Origin: an uncultured Mediterraneibacter sp.
GTDB lineage: Bacteria > Bacillota > Clostridia > Lachnospirales > Lachnospiraceae
DNA: 64,000 bases
Reading direction: 5' to 3'
Assembly: GCA_944384505.1 (NCBI GenBank)
Contig: CALWTQ010000008.1
Coordinates: forward strand, 4,929 to 68,928
Position 1 is the stretch's first letter, and every line of letters begins with the position of its first letter. Shown piece after piece: positions 36,131 through 46,957 of the stretch. A program made the translations under genes and the position numbers. The notes under the pieces were generated by a model, which did no database searches, was not told the DNA's origin, and saw only the letters and a program-made list of their open reading frames with translations.

Positions 36131-37456
36131 TTATCTTACAAGGCACGGTTTTTTCGGATTAAATTTCCACCCGGGGATGAGATACTGCATTACCACCGAA
36201 TCGTCTCTTCCTCCCAGACAGTTCTCCTGATAAAGCTGATTTGCCTTTTTGATCTGTTCCATATCCACTTCAATCCCAAGTCCCGGTTTCTTCGGCACTT
36301 CCACGCAGCCGTCTTTAATCTGCAGAGGCTCTTTTGTAAGGCGTTCTATGCCTTCCTGCCAGATCCAGTGCGTATCCAGCGCATTGTACTCTCCCGGTAC
36401 CGCCGCCCCTACATGGGTAAACATGGCAAGTGAAATATCAAAATGATTATTGGAATGGGATCCCCATGTATATCCGAAATCATGACACATCTGGGCTACT
36501 CTTACCGATCCGCTCATTGTCCAGAAATGGGGATCTGCCAGAATGATGTCCACGGCCTGTGACTCCAGAGAATGGCCTACTTCCCGCCAGTCAGTAGCTA
36601 TCATATTGGTCGCTGTCGGGAAGCCTGTTCTTCTGCGAAACTCGCTCATGATTTCCCTTCCGGAATATACGCCTTCTGCACCGCAGGGATCTTCGCAGTA
36701 TGTAAGGATTCCTTTCATTCCTTTTACATATTCTACTGCTTCTTCCAGAAGCCATCCTCCGTTCGGGTCAAGATCGATTCTTGCATCCGGGAATTCCTTT
36801 TTCAATGCCCGGATCACATCCATCTCCTCATTGCCTGGAAGCACGCCTCCTTTTAATTTAAAATCCTGGAAGCCGTATTTCTCATGAGTTGCTTTTGCAA
36901 ACGCAACAATCTTGTCCGCAGTCAGCGCCTCTTCGTGACGGATTCTGTACCACTCGCAATCTGCATCCGGCTCCTCGTCATATGGGAGATCCGTCTTTTT
37001 TCTGTCTCCTACAAAGAACAGATAGCCGAGCATTCTCACTTTGTCCCTCTGCTGCCCGTCTCCCAGAAGCTCACATACCGGAACCCCGAGCATCTTTCCG
37101 AGGAGATCCAGGCAGGGAGCTTCGATTGCCGTAAGTACATGAACTCCTGTTCTCAGATCAAAAGTCTGGTTGCCCCTTACATCTTCTTCTCCTTTGGAAT
37201 CCAGGTATTTCTTTACTTTTAACAGAGTGCTCTTATATTCCGCCAGATTTGTGCCTTCTACGATTGACCTGCACTCTTCCAGTGCATTTGTAATCTTTGT
37301 TCCTCCCGGTACTTCTCCCACTCCCATATCGCCGTTATCTGCATGGAGGATAACAATATTTCTTGTAAAAAACGGGGCGTGAGCGCCACTTAAGTTTAAT
37401 TCCATACAGTCTTTTCCCGCCACGGGGTAAACTTCCATTTTTACAATTTTTCTCAT
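36131..37456 (-). CDS. gudD: Glucarate dehydratase
   Basis: [70 protein letters not shown]; start moved to the ATG at 37456. Confidence 0.92.
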   Translation of the reverse strand: MRKIVKMEVYPVAGKDCMELNLSGAHAPFFTRNIVILHADNGDMGVGEVPGGTKITNALEECRSIVEGTNLAEYKSTLLKVKKYLDSKGEEDVRGNQTFDLRTGVHVLTAIEAPCLDLLGKMLGVPVCELLGDGQQRDKVRMLGYLFFVGDRKKTDLPYDEEPDADCEWYRIRHEEALTADKIVAFAKATHEKYGFQDFKLKGGVLPGNEEMDVIRALKKEFPDARIDLDPNGGWLLEEAVEYVKGMKGILTYCEDPCGAEGVYSGREIMSEFRRRTGFPTATNMIATDWREVGHSLESQAVDIILADPHFWTMSGSVRVAQMCHDFGYTWGSHSNNHFDISLAMFTHVGAAVPGEYNALDTHWIWQEGIERLTKEPLQIKDGCVEVPKKPGLGIEVDMEQIKKANQLYQENCLGGRDDSVVMQYLIPGWKFNPKKPCLVR

Positions 37457-37551
37457 CTTAATCTCTTCTCCTTTTTTCTCCACATGCTTTATCATCGAAA
37501 TATCCGTCTCCGAATCTCTGCAATCCCTGCGCCTTCCCGCGGAGTTCTGTC

Positions 37552-38457
37552 TTAAGATTCGATCAGCCCGGCGTTTTTCATCTCAGCCTTAATCCTGTCA
37601 AGCACCGCGCCTTCCGGAGTCGGAAGATTCGGCCTGTACGGAAGCCCTGCATCAAGGCCTCTCAAATTCGCCATATCTTTCGCTGCCACCGGGAAGCTCG
37701 CCCCGTCCATGGAAAGGCGGACCGGATTCAGTTTAAACTGTGCTTCCAGCGCCCCTTTGATATCCCCGGCGGTAAATTTATTATAAATATCCGTAATCAG
37801 CTCCGGCATGAAGTTTCCAGCCGTACAGACGCCGCCCACAGCTCCGTGGCAGAGAGACGCATACAGAAGTGTGTCTTTTCCTCCGAAAACCTTAAAGTTC
37901 ACATCTCTTGTACGGCGGATAAATTCCTCAGTCTGTGTCATGTCGCCGCTTGTGTCCTTCATGCCGACAATATTTTCCACCTCATGCGCCAGCCGCTCCA
38001 CAAGATTTCCCGACATGGTGTAGCCGACTCTGCCCGGATTGTTGTACAGCAGGACCGGTGTGTCCGCAACCGCCTCAGCAATCGTTTTAAAATGAAGAAA
38101 TAATTCATTTTCCGTCGGTTTCAGGAACATGGGCTGGAGAACAGAGATCCCTTTTGCGCCGTTTGCGGCTGCCATCTTTGCCAGACGCACACCTTTTTTC
38201 GTGCCGATAGCGCCTATTCCAAAGTATACAGGCACCCGGTCTGCCGCCTGGCTTACCATAATTTTTAATCCCCGTTCCATCTCATCTTCTTCGACCACAT
38301 AGAATTCTCCGTTACTTCCAAAGTCAAGGATTCCGGAAACTCCTCCGTCGATGACATAGTCAACCTGATTTCTCAGCCTTTTTTCATCAATCTTTTCTTC
38401 CTCGTCAATTGGCGTTATGATCGGCACAATTACTCCTTTTATAAAATCCGTATTCAT
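37552..38457 (-). CDS. DHDPS/NAL-family aldolase, probably 5-dehydro-4-deoxy-glucarate aldolase
   Basis: FGSNGEF, LYNNP (Tyr), GMKDT (Schiff-base Lys); between gudD and garR. Confidence 0.8.
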   Translation of the reverse strand: MNTDFIKGVIVPIITPIDEEEKIDEKRLRNQVDYVIDGGVSGILDFGSNGEFYVVEEDEMERGLKIMVSQAADRVPVYFGIGAIGTKKGVRLAKMAAANGAKGISVLQPMFLKPTENELFLHFKTIAEAVADTPVLLYNNPGRVGYTMSGNLVERLAHEVENIVGMKDTSGDMTQTEEFIRRTRDVNFKVFGGKDTLLYASLCHGAVGGVCTAGNFMPELITDIYNKFTAGDIKGALEAQFKLNPVRLSMDGASFPVAAKDMANLRGLDAGLPYRPNLPTPEGAVLDRIKAEMKNAGLIES

Positions 38458-38472
38458 CCTGACTTCCTCCTG

Positions 38473-39873
38473 TTAATGCATCACCATAGAAACAAGCAGC
38501 AGTTCTATAATACCTATACCGGCCATAATCAGAGAAACCGCAGTCTTACACCGAAGCTGGTCTTTCAGCTCTGATACTCCAAACATACCGTTCCACACCC
38601 AGAATCCGCTGTCGTTGAAGTAGGAAAAGGAGATCGCGCCTACACAGCAGGAGATCGCCATGAGCAGAGGGCTTACCGAGATCGCACCCATCAGCGATGC
38701 GGAAAGCGTTGCGGCCGTAGTGATTGCAACTGTGGCAGATCCAAGAGCGATACGCATCAGTGCGGCAATGAGGAACGGGATAAGGATCGCCGGAAGAGGG
38801 AATTTCATAACCATCTCTCCGAGCGCATCTCCGATGCCGCTTACCTTGATCACATTTCCAAGGGATCCGCCGGCCCCGGTAATGAGCATAATGATTCCTG
38901 TGCTTTTGATAGCATCGTCCATTATGTTCAGCACCTTTTTGGTGTCAGCCTTTGCCATAAGTCCGTATATAGAAATCAACGTCCCCACTGCAAGTGCGAT
39001 GATCGGTTCTCCGATAAATGAGATCGCCGGGATACTGATTCCGAGAAGACCTAATACAGTATTCATAAGGATCAGGATAAGCGGAACGATAATCGGAGCG
39101 ATGGATACCCAGAGTCCCGGGAGTTCTTTCTCCCCCATCAGTCTGTCCAGTTCTTCCATGGACTTGATGTATTCCGATTTAAATTCTTTTCTCTCATATC
39201 CGCCGTCCTCAGTCGGAATCTGGTAAATCTTCTTGCCAATATACTGGCAGTAAAATACTGCAGCGATCAGCATCGGTATCGACACTAACGCCCCGCCGAT
39301 AATCATCTGTCCTACGTCCACTCCCAGCATACTTGCCGCGGTAGTCGGCCCGGGAGTTGGAGGCACAAGGCAGTGCGTCAGCTGCAGGCCGGAAGCCATA
39401 GCCAGCGCCAGGCCTACAATCGACTTGCCGGTTACTTTCGACATTGCCTTGCATAAAGGCGCAAAGATCACAACAGCTGAGTCGGCAAATACGGGAATCG
39501 AGATAAACCATCCGGTAATCGCGAGCGCCCATTCTTCTTTCCTTTTTCCAACAGCCTTGATAAATGAATACGCCATTCTCTCTGCGGCCCCGGACTTTTC
39601 CAGAATTCCGCCCATCATAACGCCAAGGCCGATCACGATTCCGGTGCTCGATAAAATATCTCCAAAGCCTTCCTCTATGGCTGTGACAAGCCCCGTAACA
39701 GCCGTCCCGTCCGCAGCTGTCGTATCGATCAGCGGCATACCTCCGATAATTCCTGCAATGCATGCTGCCACGAGCAGTGCTATAAATGTATGTACCTTCG
39801 TCTTAGACACCAGGATAATCATGACGACGATTCCTAACAGCAGTCCAAGCATCATTTGCGTAGATTCACTCAT
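38473..39873 (-). CDS. GntP-family sugar-acid permease
   Basis: FISIPVFADS, HCLVPPTPGP, RIALGSATVA, FNDSGFWV. Confidence 0.92.
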   Translation of the reverse strand: MSESTQMMLGLLLGIVVMIILVSKTKVHTFIALLVAACIAGIIGGMPLIDTTAADGTAVTGLVTAIEEGFGDILSSTGIVIGLGVMMGGILEKSGAAERMAYSFIKAVGKRKEEWALAITGWFISIPVFADSAVVIFAPLCKAMSKVTGKSIVGLALAMASGLQLTHCLVPPTPGPTTAASMLGVDVGQMIIGGALVSIPMLIAAVFYCQYIGKKIYQIPTEDGGYERKEFKSEYIKSMEELDRLMGEKELPGLWVSIAPIIVPLILILMNTVLGLLGISIPAISFIGEPIIALAVGTLISIYGLMAKADTKKVLNIMDDAIKSTGIIMLITGAGGSLGNVIKVSGIGDALGEMVMKFPLPAILIPFLIAALMRIALGSATVAITTAATLSASLMGAISVSPLLMAISCCVGAISFSYFNDSGFWVWNGMFGVSELKDQLRCKTAVSLIMAGIGIIELLLVSMVMH

Positions 39874-39906
39874 TCCATTTCCCTCCTGCTATAGATTTTT
39901 AATCCC

Positions 39907-40794
39907 TTATTCTTTCTCAACCGACACATTCGAGATCTTTTCATAATATTTTACAATCGCACTGTGATCCTCTTTCGCACATCCATCGTTTTTCAACGCC
40001 TGCATAATCTCCATCACCTGTGCTGTCATCGGAAGAGATGTATCTGTAGCATGAGCCGCGTTCAGAGCATTCGTAAGATCCTTAATATGAAGTTCTATGC
40101 GGAATCCCGGCCTGAAGTCGTGTGCCATCATCATAGGAGCTTTCGCATCCAGAACTGTCGAGCCCGCAAGTCCTCCGCGGATCGCCTGATATACCAGTTC
40201 CGGATCAGCACCATTCTTTACAGCCAGAGTAAGTGCCTCGGAAACTGCCGCGATATTCACAGCTACGATAACCTGATTTGCCAGCTTCGCCACATTCCCG
40301 GAGCCAAGAGCGCCCACATAAACGACAGAGCCTGCCATTGCCATTAACAGATCATAGTATCTGTCAAATGTCTCTTTTGCGCCTCCGACCATAACAGAGA
40401 TCGTTCCGTCAATTGCTTTCGGCTCCCCGCCGCTGACCGGCGCGTCCATCAGCTCAATGCCTTTTTCTGCAAGTTCAGCACCGATCGCTTTAGACTGTAC
40501 CGGATCAATAGAACTCATATCAATTACAACAGTTCCTTCTGCCGCCTTTTCTGCAATTCCGCCTTCTCCAAGACATACATCCCTTACATGCGGAGAGTTC
40601 GGAAGCATGGTAATGATCACATTACACTTTTCCGCAACTTCCGCGGCGCTTTCTGCCGTTTCTGCCCCAAGAGCGCCCAGCTCATCCACGCTTGCTGTGT
40701 TTCTGTCGTAAACGACCAGATCATATCCTGCTTTCAGCAGATTCTTGCTCATCGGCTTTCCCATGATTCCCAGACCAATAAATCCAATTTTCAT
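39907..40794 (-). CDS. garR: 2-hydroxy-3-oxopropionate (tartronate semialdehyde) reductase
   Basis: IGFIGLGIMGKPMSKNLLKAG, MDAPVSGGEPKAIDG, KLANQ, PGFRIELHIKDL. Confidence 0.9.
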   Translation of the reverse strand: MKIGFIGLGIMGKPMSKNLLKAGYDLVVYDRNTASVDELGALGAETAESAAEVAEKCNVIITMLPNSPHVRDVCLGEGGIAEKAAEGTVVIDMSSIDPVQSKAIGAELAEKGIELMDAPVSGGEPKAIDGTISVMVGGAKETFDRYYDLLMAMAGSVVYVGALGSGNVAKLANQVIVAVNIAAVSEALTLAVKNGADPELVYQAIRGGLAGSTVLDAKAPMMMAHDFRPGFRIELHIKDLTNALNAAHATDTSLPMTAQVMEIMQALKNDGCAKEDHSAIVKYYEKISNVSVEKE

Positions 40795-41123
40795 TTTTTA
40801 CTACCTCCTGGCTAAATTATTCTGGCTTTCCGCCTTTCTTGGGAATAGTATATAAAATCCGGAATCCGCTAACTATTGGCCTTATACTTAAAAAAGATAC
40901 CCTGATTTTTCTGTTTTGCATATAATTACAAAATTTGAAATTATCTTTTCATAATTATTTCTATTCTTTATATTTTTTTAACTCGGCATTTCACAATTTA
41001 TTGATCCATTTTATTTTGTAATATTATTGAAATGTCTATTTCGATATGCGAATGTTTTTTACTTTTCTACATATTGTCCGGTCTCTATATAGCAATTATG
41101 CCCATAGAAAAAACTATAGTAAA

Positions 41124-41147
41124 AGGCAGGGAATCCTATCCCTGCCT
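41124..41147 (-). terminator. Intrinsic terminator downstream of the PrpR-like regulator
   Basis: AGGCAGGGA / TCCCTGCCT stem, T-run on the minus strand. Confidence 0.6.
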
Positions 41148-41194
41148 CAAATCAAGTCTATATAGAATTTAATGAGTATTTATATCTGGCGCCA

Positions 41195-43105
41195 TCAGCT
41201 CTCAAAAGATGCTTCTATTCCATACTCCTTCATCTTCCTCCACAGTGTTGTCGTGCTGATGCCAAGCTCTTCCGCTGTCTTCCGCCTGCTGCCATGATTT
41301 TTCTTAAGCAGAGAAACAAGAGCCTCCGCCTCCTGCGATTTGTAGATAATAACCTTCTCCGTGCTTTCATCCACATGAGGATACAGTTCATCAAAGAGTT
41401 TCCGTATCCTGACTTCATCGATACTGCGCCTGTGGGAGGAGAGCACCAGCCTTTCACAAAATGACTTCAGCTGTATCAGATTGCCGTTCCATGAAAGTTT
41501 CTCCAGACAGTCATATGCGCCCTGCGTCAGCACAAGATGTTTATTGTACTGCTGAAGGTACTGTTTAAAATATCCCTCAAAATAATAAATCAGGTCCTCC
41601 CGTCTCTGATTTATTGAAGGTATCTCAAGCACAAGGCTGTTCAGTGCGTAATACAATCCTCTGTCAAATGATTCCCGTTTCACCAGAAATGCCAGATTTT
41701 TATGTGCTGCAGCTATGATCCTCACGTCCGAATTATCCATCGGCAGCACATCTGTCCTTGCGGCAGTCCCCGGCTGGATCATAAGGAAAAGCTGATACTG
41801 AAGGCAGGGCGCGAGATATTCTATCCCCTGAATAAAGAGGGTTCCGTGATTTGCCTTATTCAGCGCGCTCTTCATCTTCGATGAAATATCTTCTTTCAGC
41901 ACATGCCCTCCAAACAAAAGCTCTGACTGCTGCTCTTCACTGAGATTCTGGAGATTCACACTCACAAAAGGCCCCGTTTTCCTCCTGCTGTTATTATGGA
42001 CTGACTCCGCAATCGCGAAAATCTCCAGCCCGGTCTGCGCGTAGATCATAACCGGTGCCTCTGACACGGCATACTCTTTTGCCATTTCAAGAGTTTCCTC
42101 CATTTTTTTATTTTCTGTATGTATTTTTGAAAATGTCATCTGAGCGGAATATCCGTTCAGAAACATATTGTTTTGTAAATTTCTCTCCTTACGGATCGTA
42201 TTATCAAATTTCTGCAGCGACAAAATCGCTCCTGTGATCCTGTCGTCATACTGGATCGGCGCAATCATCAGCATCCACGCTTTATTCCTGATGTTGACCG
42301 AAGTCACGTAATTCTCCCTGACGCCTTTCAGGATCGAATTGATAGTCTTCTGCTCGATTTCCGGGACAACGTCAATAAGCGGCCGGCCTATTATTTCTTC
42401 TGTATTTTTCCCGATCAGATTTTCCGCCAGTTTATTAACAGCTATAATCTGCTCTTCTGCATTGATCTTGATAATACCGTTAAATGACGTATCCAGTACT
42501 GTCTCAAACTGTGCCGCACTCTGCTTTTCCACCTCTATCGCATAAGCCATGCGGCCTGCAGACAAAAGAGCCTCAGTAACAGATTCCCTTGTGGATTCAT
42601 AAAACAATGTTGGATAACCCATCTTCTGCGCTTCATTGCAAGTCACTTCGCCCCCGATAATGATATCTGGACGGTCTTTTTCCAGTTCTTTAAGTTTTTC
42701 CGCTGTGTCTTCAATCCGCTCCAGAAATACGATCGAAAGATGCACGTGGAATAACTGCTCCATATATGACATATCCCCCAGCATATTCTCAAACACAATC
42801 ATTCCGACTGTGGGGCATTCTTTTTTCACTATTTCTTTCGCCTTTTGAAGCAGAAGGCCGATCTCCTGAGCATGAAACCTGATCTCCACCAGAGGGATGT
42901 TCGTATGCTTTTTTACAAGAATCGCCTGATATCCTCTCGCCACAATAATGCGCATGCCATTCTCCACGGCAACCCGTGCCTCGCTCACCGTATTAACAGT
43001 ATCGATGCGCTTTATATAGCTTATGCCAAGATTTTTCTCAAGGGATACATTTCTCGCAATTTCCGCCATCTTATCATCCGGAACTAATACTGCTATTTCA
43101 TTCAT
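41195..43105 (-). CDS. PrpR-N / PAS / degenerate sigma54-type AAA+ / Fis-HTH regulator
   Basis: IIVARGYQA..PLVEI (PrpR N-term); PAS; GPFVSVN, DVRIIAA; HTH AEELGISTTTLWRKMK; start moved to the ATG at 43105 behind AGGAGG. Confidence 0.85.
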   Translation of the reverse strand: MNEIAVLVPDDKMAEIARNVSLEKNLGISYIKRIDTVNTVSEARVAVENGMRIIVARGYQAILVKKHTNIPLVEIRFHAQEIGLLLQKAKEIVKKECPTVGMIVFENMLGDMSYMEQLFHVHLSIVFLERIEDTAEKLKELEKDRPDIIIGGEVTCNEAQKMGYPTLFYESTRESVTEALLSAGRMAYAIEVEKQSAAQFETVLDTSFNGIIKINAEEQIIAVNKLAENLIGKNTEEIIGRPLIDVVPEIEQKTINSILKGVRENYVTSVNIRNKAWMLMIAPIQYDDRITGAILSLQKFDNTIRKERNLQNNMFLNGYSAQMTFSKIHTENKKMEETLEMAKEYAVSEAPVMIYAQTGLEIFAIAESVHNNSRRKTGPFVSVNLQNLSEEQQSELLFGGHVLKEDISSKMKSALNKANHGTLFIQGIEYLAPCLQYQLFLMIQPGTAARTDVLPMDNSDVRIIAAAHKNLAFLVKRESFDRGLYYALNSLVLEIPSINQRREDLIYYFEGYFKQYLQQYNKHLVLTQGAYDCLEKLSWNGNLIQLKSFCERLVLSSHRRSIDEVRIRKLFDELYPHVDESTEKVIIYKSQEAEALVSLLKKNHGSRRKTAEELGISTTTLWRKMKEYGIEASFES

Positions 43106-43107
43106 AA

Positions 43108-44064
43108 CTAATCCTCCTGCGCTTCTGCCGCCTGCTTTATTTTCAGGCATTGTCGATTATAATTTTCCCAATATTCTTTTGCCAGCCGGATAAATATTCG
43201 AAACGGATGGTTCAAATACGCCTGCTTAGAGTAACAGAAAGTCATCTCCCATGACGGATGTGACGTAAGCCGAAACAATCGTATATTATCATATCCGCTG
43301 CAGTAATACTGAGGGATCACTGCACAGCACAATCCGGCTGACACAAATGCAGGAATACTTGCAGTGTTAGAAGTCTCGAACAGAACCTTCGGAGTAAAGC
43401 CGGCCTTTTCAAAAATATGGTCCGTCACAGTCCTGCTGCTCGACTGGGGATACATCAGAACAAATGATTCCTCTCTTAAAAGGCCAATGTCCAGCTCACC
43501 GCCGTTTTCTCCAGCTTCCCGCTGTATCTGTTCTACAACCGGATAATCAGCAGGAACGGCAGCCAAAAATTCTTCCCCACATACATGTTCATATCTGAGA
43601 GTATTTTTCTTTCCCTCACCTATGGTAAGAAACCCCAGATCAAGTCTCCCCGCCTCCAGCAGTTCCTGCTGTGTGTAACTGTTCATCTCAATCGGAGAAA
43701 TAGATATATTCGGGCAAAGCTGCATAAATTTCGGATAAATAGAAGTGAACATTCTGATCCCCCGTCCTGCCGGGATTCCAAGCGAAAAAGAACGTCCTGA
43801 AATCTCTTTCTGATCGGCAATCCTGTTATACGTGTTCTTTTTAATCTGCAGAATTTCTTTTGCCCCGTCTGTGTATATTTTTCCGGCAGATGTCAGTTCC
43901 CAGCGGTTCCTGTCGCGATAAAACAGCGGCGTTTCCAATTCTTTCTCAAGCTTTAAAAGCTGCTGATTCAGGGCTGACTGTGTGATAAATAATTCTTTTG
44001 CTGCCTTGGACACATTTTTTGTCTCTGCAATTTTCAAGATATACTCGATCTGTCTTAAATCCAT
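43108..44064 (-). CDS. LysR-family transcriptional regulator
   Basis: MDLRQIEYILKIAETKNVSKAAKELFITQSALNQQLLKLEKEL. Confidence 0.93.
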   Translation of the reverse strand: MDLRQIEYILKIAETKNVSKAAKELFITQSALNQQLLKLEKELETPLFYRDRNRWELTSAGKIYTDGAKEILQIKKNTYNRIADQKEISGRSFSLGIPAGRGIRMFTSIYPKFMQLCPNISISPIEMNSYTQQELLEAGRLDLGFLTIGEGKKNTLRYEHVCGEEFLAAVPADYPVVEQIQREAGENGGELDIGLLREESFVLMYPQSSSRTVTDHIFEKAGFTPKVLFETSNTASIPAFVSAGLCCAVIPQYYCSGYDNIRLFRLTSHPSWEMTFCYSKQAYLNHPFRIFIRLAKEYWENYNRQCLKIKQAAEAQED

Positions 44065-44267
44065 AACCTTCTCCTTGGTATCGGTATCGTACGCTCGTTA
44101 GTGCTTTTATTATAAAAATCAAGCTGCCTAAAAGTCAAGCTGTCCCTCAAGGCACAGTGCTTTTATTCAGAATAACTAATACCCCTAGTAATTTTATGAA
44201 TTTTACATATTGCAGGAAGACGGTCTATAGTTAAATCATTCAAAGACGGAAAGGAGTCAGCAGATTT

Positions 44268-45716
44268 ATGGAACAGTATGATATAACGATCATTGGCGCA
44301 GGAGTTGTCGGCTGCGCGGTGGCAAGAGAAATTTCCCGTTTTCAGCTTCGGACAGTGGTACTTGAGAAAGATATGGATGTAGCCTGCGGCAATTCCAGCA
44401 GAAATACCGGAATGCTGCATGCAGGATTCACCTATGCTCCGGGATCACTGAAAGCAGAATGCACGGTGGAAGGAAATCAGGAATTTGATCAAGTGGCAAA
44501 AGAACTGGATGTTCCCTTTAAACGAACCGGGAAACTTGTAATAGGATTTAACGAGACCGACCGCGCCAACATTTTGAAATTCAAAAAAATCGGTGAAATC
44601 AACGGAGTAAAAGGCATGCGGATGATCAACCGTGAAGAGATGGATAAGATAGATCCGAACGCCGGAGGTGAATTCGCCATGTATGTCCCCTCTTCCGGAA
44701 TTCTTGATCCCATGCAGTACACAATTGCACTGGCTGAAAATGCCTGTTCAAACGGCGTTAAATTTCGGTTCGGCAGCAAAGTGGAAAAGATTTTAAGAGA
44801 AGGAGATACATATCGAATCCTTACATCTTCCGGGGAATTCAGGACAAAATGGGTGATCAACTGTGCCGGCATGTATGCTTCACAGATTTCAGAACAGCTT
44901 GGATATCCAAATTATCCGGTGCGGGGATTCAAGGGTGAGTATTATGTTCTGGACAAAAAAGCAGGAAAAAATATGCCGATTCCAATTTATCCTGCCCCGA
45001 ATGAAAAAGGCGGATTTGCAACTCACGCCACTCCAACGGTAGATGGCAATGTCCTTGTAGGTCCTGACTCTTATCTGACAGATGAACCGGAAGACTACAA
45101 AACAACAAAAGAACATATGGACGGACTTTACCGTGACGGCTTAAAAATGTTTTCGGAAATGAAACGCGAATATTTTATCCGTAATTTTGCCGGGATACGC
45201 TGGAAAATCTACAATCCTTCCACCGGTGAAAATCAGGACTTTGTTCTGGAATCGGATGACGCACATCCGCATACTGTCAATCTGGTTGGCATAGAGTCTC
45301 CGGGCATTACCTGTGCTCTTCCCCTTGGCAGGCGGGCAGCGGCCATTATAAAAGAAAAAGAACAGCCTGATAATAACCCTTCATTTAATCCCTGTCGAAA
45401 AGGGATACGAAGATTTTCTGAGATGAGCCCGGAAGAAAAAATCCATGCTGTGGCTGAAAATCCTGATTATGGCGAGATTGTATGCAGGTGTGAGACAGTA
45501 ACCCGTGCGGAGATTCTTACTGCGATCCATAATCCTTTGGGTGTTCACACTGTAACCGGGATCAAAAACCGTACAAGAGCTACCATGGGACGCTGCCAGG
45601 GCGGCTACTGTGAAACAAGAATTACAGAGATGATTGAAAAAGAGCTCGGAATCAGCGAGACAGATGTCCGTTATTCCAAAGCCGGTTCATATATGTTTAC
45701 AGGAAAGGTAAGGTGA
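44268..45716 (+). CDS. FAD-dependent oxidoreductase (GlpA/LhgO-like) with C-terminal BFD-like [2Fe-2S] domain
   Basis: IIGAGVVG, SSRNTGMLHAG, FKGEY, NFAGIR, IESPGIT; CRCE..TRATMGRCQGGYC. Confidence 0.88.
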   Translation: MEQYDITIIGAGVVGCAVAREISRFQLRTVVLEKDMDVACGNSSRNTGMLHAGFTYAPGSLKAECTVEGNQEFDQVAKELDVPFKRTGKLVIGFNETDRANILKFKKIGEINGVKGMRMINREEMDKIDPNAGGEFAMYVPSSGILDPMQYTIALAENACSNGVKFRFGSKVEKILREGDTYRILTSSGEFRTKWVINCAGMYASQISEQLGYPNYPVRGFKGEYYVLDKKAGKNMPIPIYPAPNEKGGFATHATPTVDGNVLVGPDSYLTDEPEDYKTTKEHMDGLYRDGLKMFSEMKREYFIRNFAGIRWKIYNPSTGENQDFVLESDDAHPHTVNLVGIESPGITCALPLGRRAAAIIKEKEQPDNNPSFNPCRKGIRRFSEMSPEEKIHAVAENPDYGEIVCRCETVTRAEILTAIHNPLGVHTVTGIKNRTRATMGRCQGGYCETRITEMIEKELGISETDVRYSKAGSYMFTGKVR

Positions 45717-46957
45717 GAAGTGTGAAAGAGGTATCAGTCGCAATCATTGGTGGAGGACCCGCCGGACTGGCAGCTGCTGTGCGGCTTTATGACAAAGGAA
45801 TAAAAGATATTGTAATACTCGAAAGAGAAAAAATGCCCGGAGGTATTCTCCGACAATGTATCCACGATGGTTTCGGCCTTACACGTTTTAAAGAGACACT
45901 GAGCGGTCCTGAATACGCCCAACGTTTCATCGACATGGCAGAGGAACGTAAAATACCATATATTACGGATACAACAGTTCTGGAGATTACACCGGATCGA
46001 AAAATTTATGCCGCATCTAAAAACGGGATTCTGGAAATTCAGGCAAAAGCCGTTATCCTTGCCATGGGATGCAGAGAACGGACTAGAGGCGCGATCAGTA
46101 TTCCCGGCGAACGTCCTTCAGGAGTATATACCGCAGGGGTAGCACAGTCCTATATCAATCTTTATAACAAAATGGTCGGAAAAGAAGTTGTAATCCTTGG
46201 TTCTGGTGACATCGGAATGATCATGGCGCGCAGACTTACCCTCGAAGGAGCACATGTTCAAGCTGTCTTTGAAATACAGCCGTATTCAAGCGGACTTCCA
46301 AGAAATGTTGAACAGTGTCTGCGAGATTATAACATTCCTCTTTATCTGAGCCATACTGTGACAGATATTCTGGGGAAAGAGCGACTGGAAGGAGTAGTTG
46401 TCTCCCGTGTAGATGAACATATGCAGCCCATCCCGGGAACCGAAAAAACTTACACCTGTGACACTCTGATTCTCTCGGTAGGCCTTATTCCGGAGAATGA
46501 ACTTTCTATCGGAGCGGGTGTCACACTGGACGGCCGCAGTAAAGGAGCAGTCGTTGATGAGAATTATCAGACAGACATAGAAGGTATTTTTGCAGCAGGT
46601 AATGTGCTTCATGTTCATGATCTGGTTGATTTTGTATCCAGAGAAGCTGAAAGCCTTGCGGATGCAGTGGCAGCATACATAGAGAACGGGGAACTTCGCA
46701 AATGCAGTCTGGAAGTAGAAACTGATACAAATATTACCCATACAATCCCCCAGAAGATCAGCGGGGAAAAATCTTTTCTTCTTTCTATGCGGGTCAGACA
46801 GCCAATGAAGAACTGTGAAATAGTAATTTCCCAGGGAGGGCAGATCATAAAAAAGAAGAATTTCAAAAAAGCACTCCCTGCAGAGATGATACAGATCCCA
46901 ATCGATGCAGAGAAGTTAAACAGCAGCGAAAATTTGGAGGTGAGCGCCATATGTTAA
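45713..46957 (+). CDS. Pyridine nucleotide-disulfide oxidoreductase family (FAD/NAD(P)) subunit
   Basis: IIGGGPAGLAAA, GGILRQCIHDGFG, LAMGCRER, ILGSGDIG, FAAGNVLHVHDLVD; GTGA overlap with upstream gene. Confidence 0.88.
   Translation: MRSVKEVSVAIIGGGPAGLAAAVRLYDKGIKDIVILEREKMPGGILRQCIHDGFGLTRFKETLSGPEYAQRFIDMAEERKIPYITDTTVLEITPDRKIYAASKNGILEIQAKAVILAMGCRERTRGAISIPGERPSGVYTAGVAQSYINLYNKMVGKEVVILGSGDIGMIMARRLTLEGAHVQAVFEIQPYSSGLPRNVEQCLRDYNIPLYLSHTVTDILGKERLEGVVVSRVDEHMQPIPGTEKTYTCDTLILSVGLIPENELSIGAGVTLDGRSKGAVVDENYQTDIEGIFAAGNVLHVHDLVDFVSREAESLADAVAAYIENGELRKCSLEVETDTNITHTIPQKISGEKSFLLSMRVRQPMKNCEIVISQGGQIIKKKNFKKALPAEMIQIPIDAEKLNSSENLEVSAIC

Noticed and set aside
40795-41194. sRNA or small ORF in the 400-bp AT-rich gap upstream of garR
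   Set aside because: No convincing ORF/RBS or structure beyond the terminator at 41124; best explained as a promoter region
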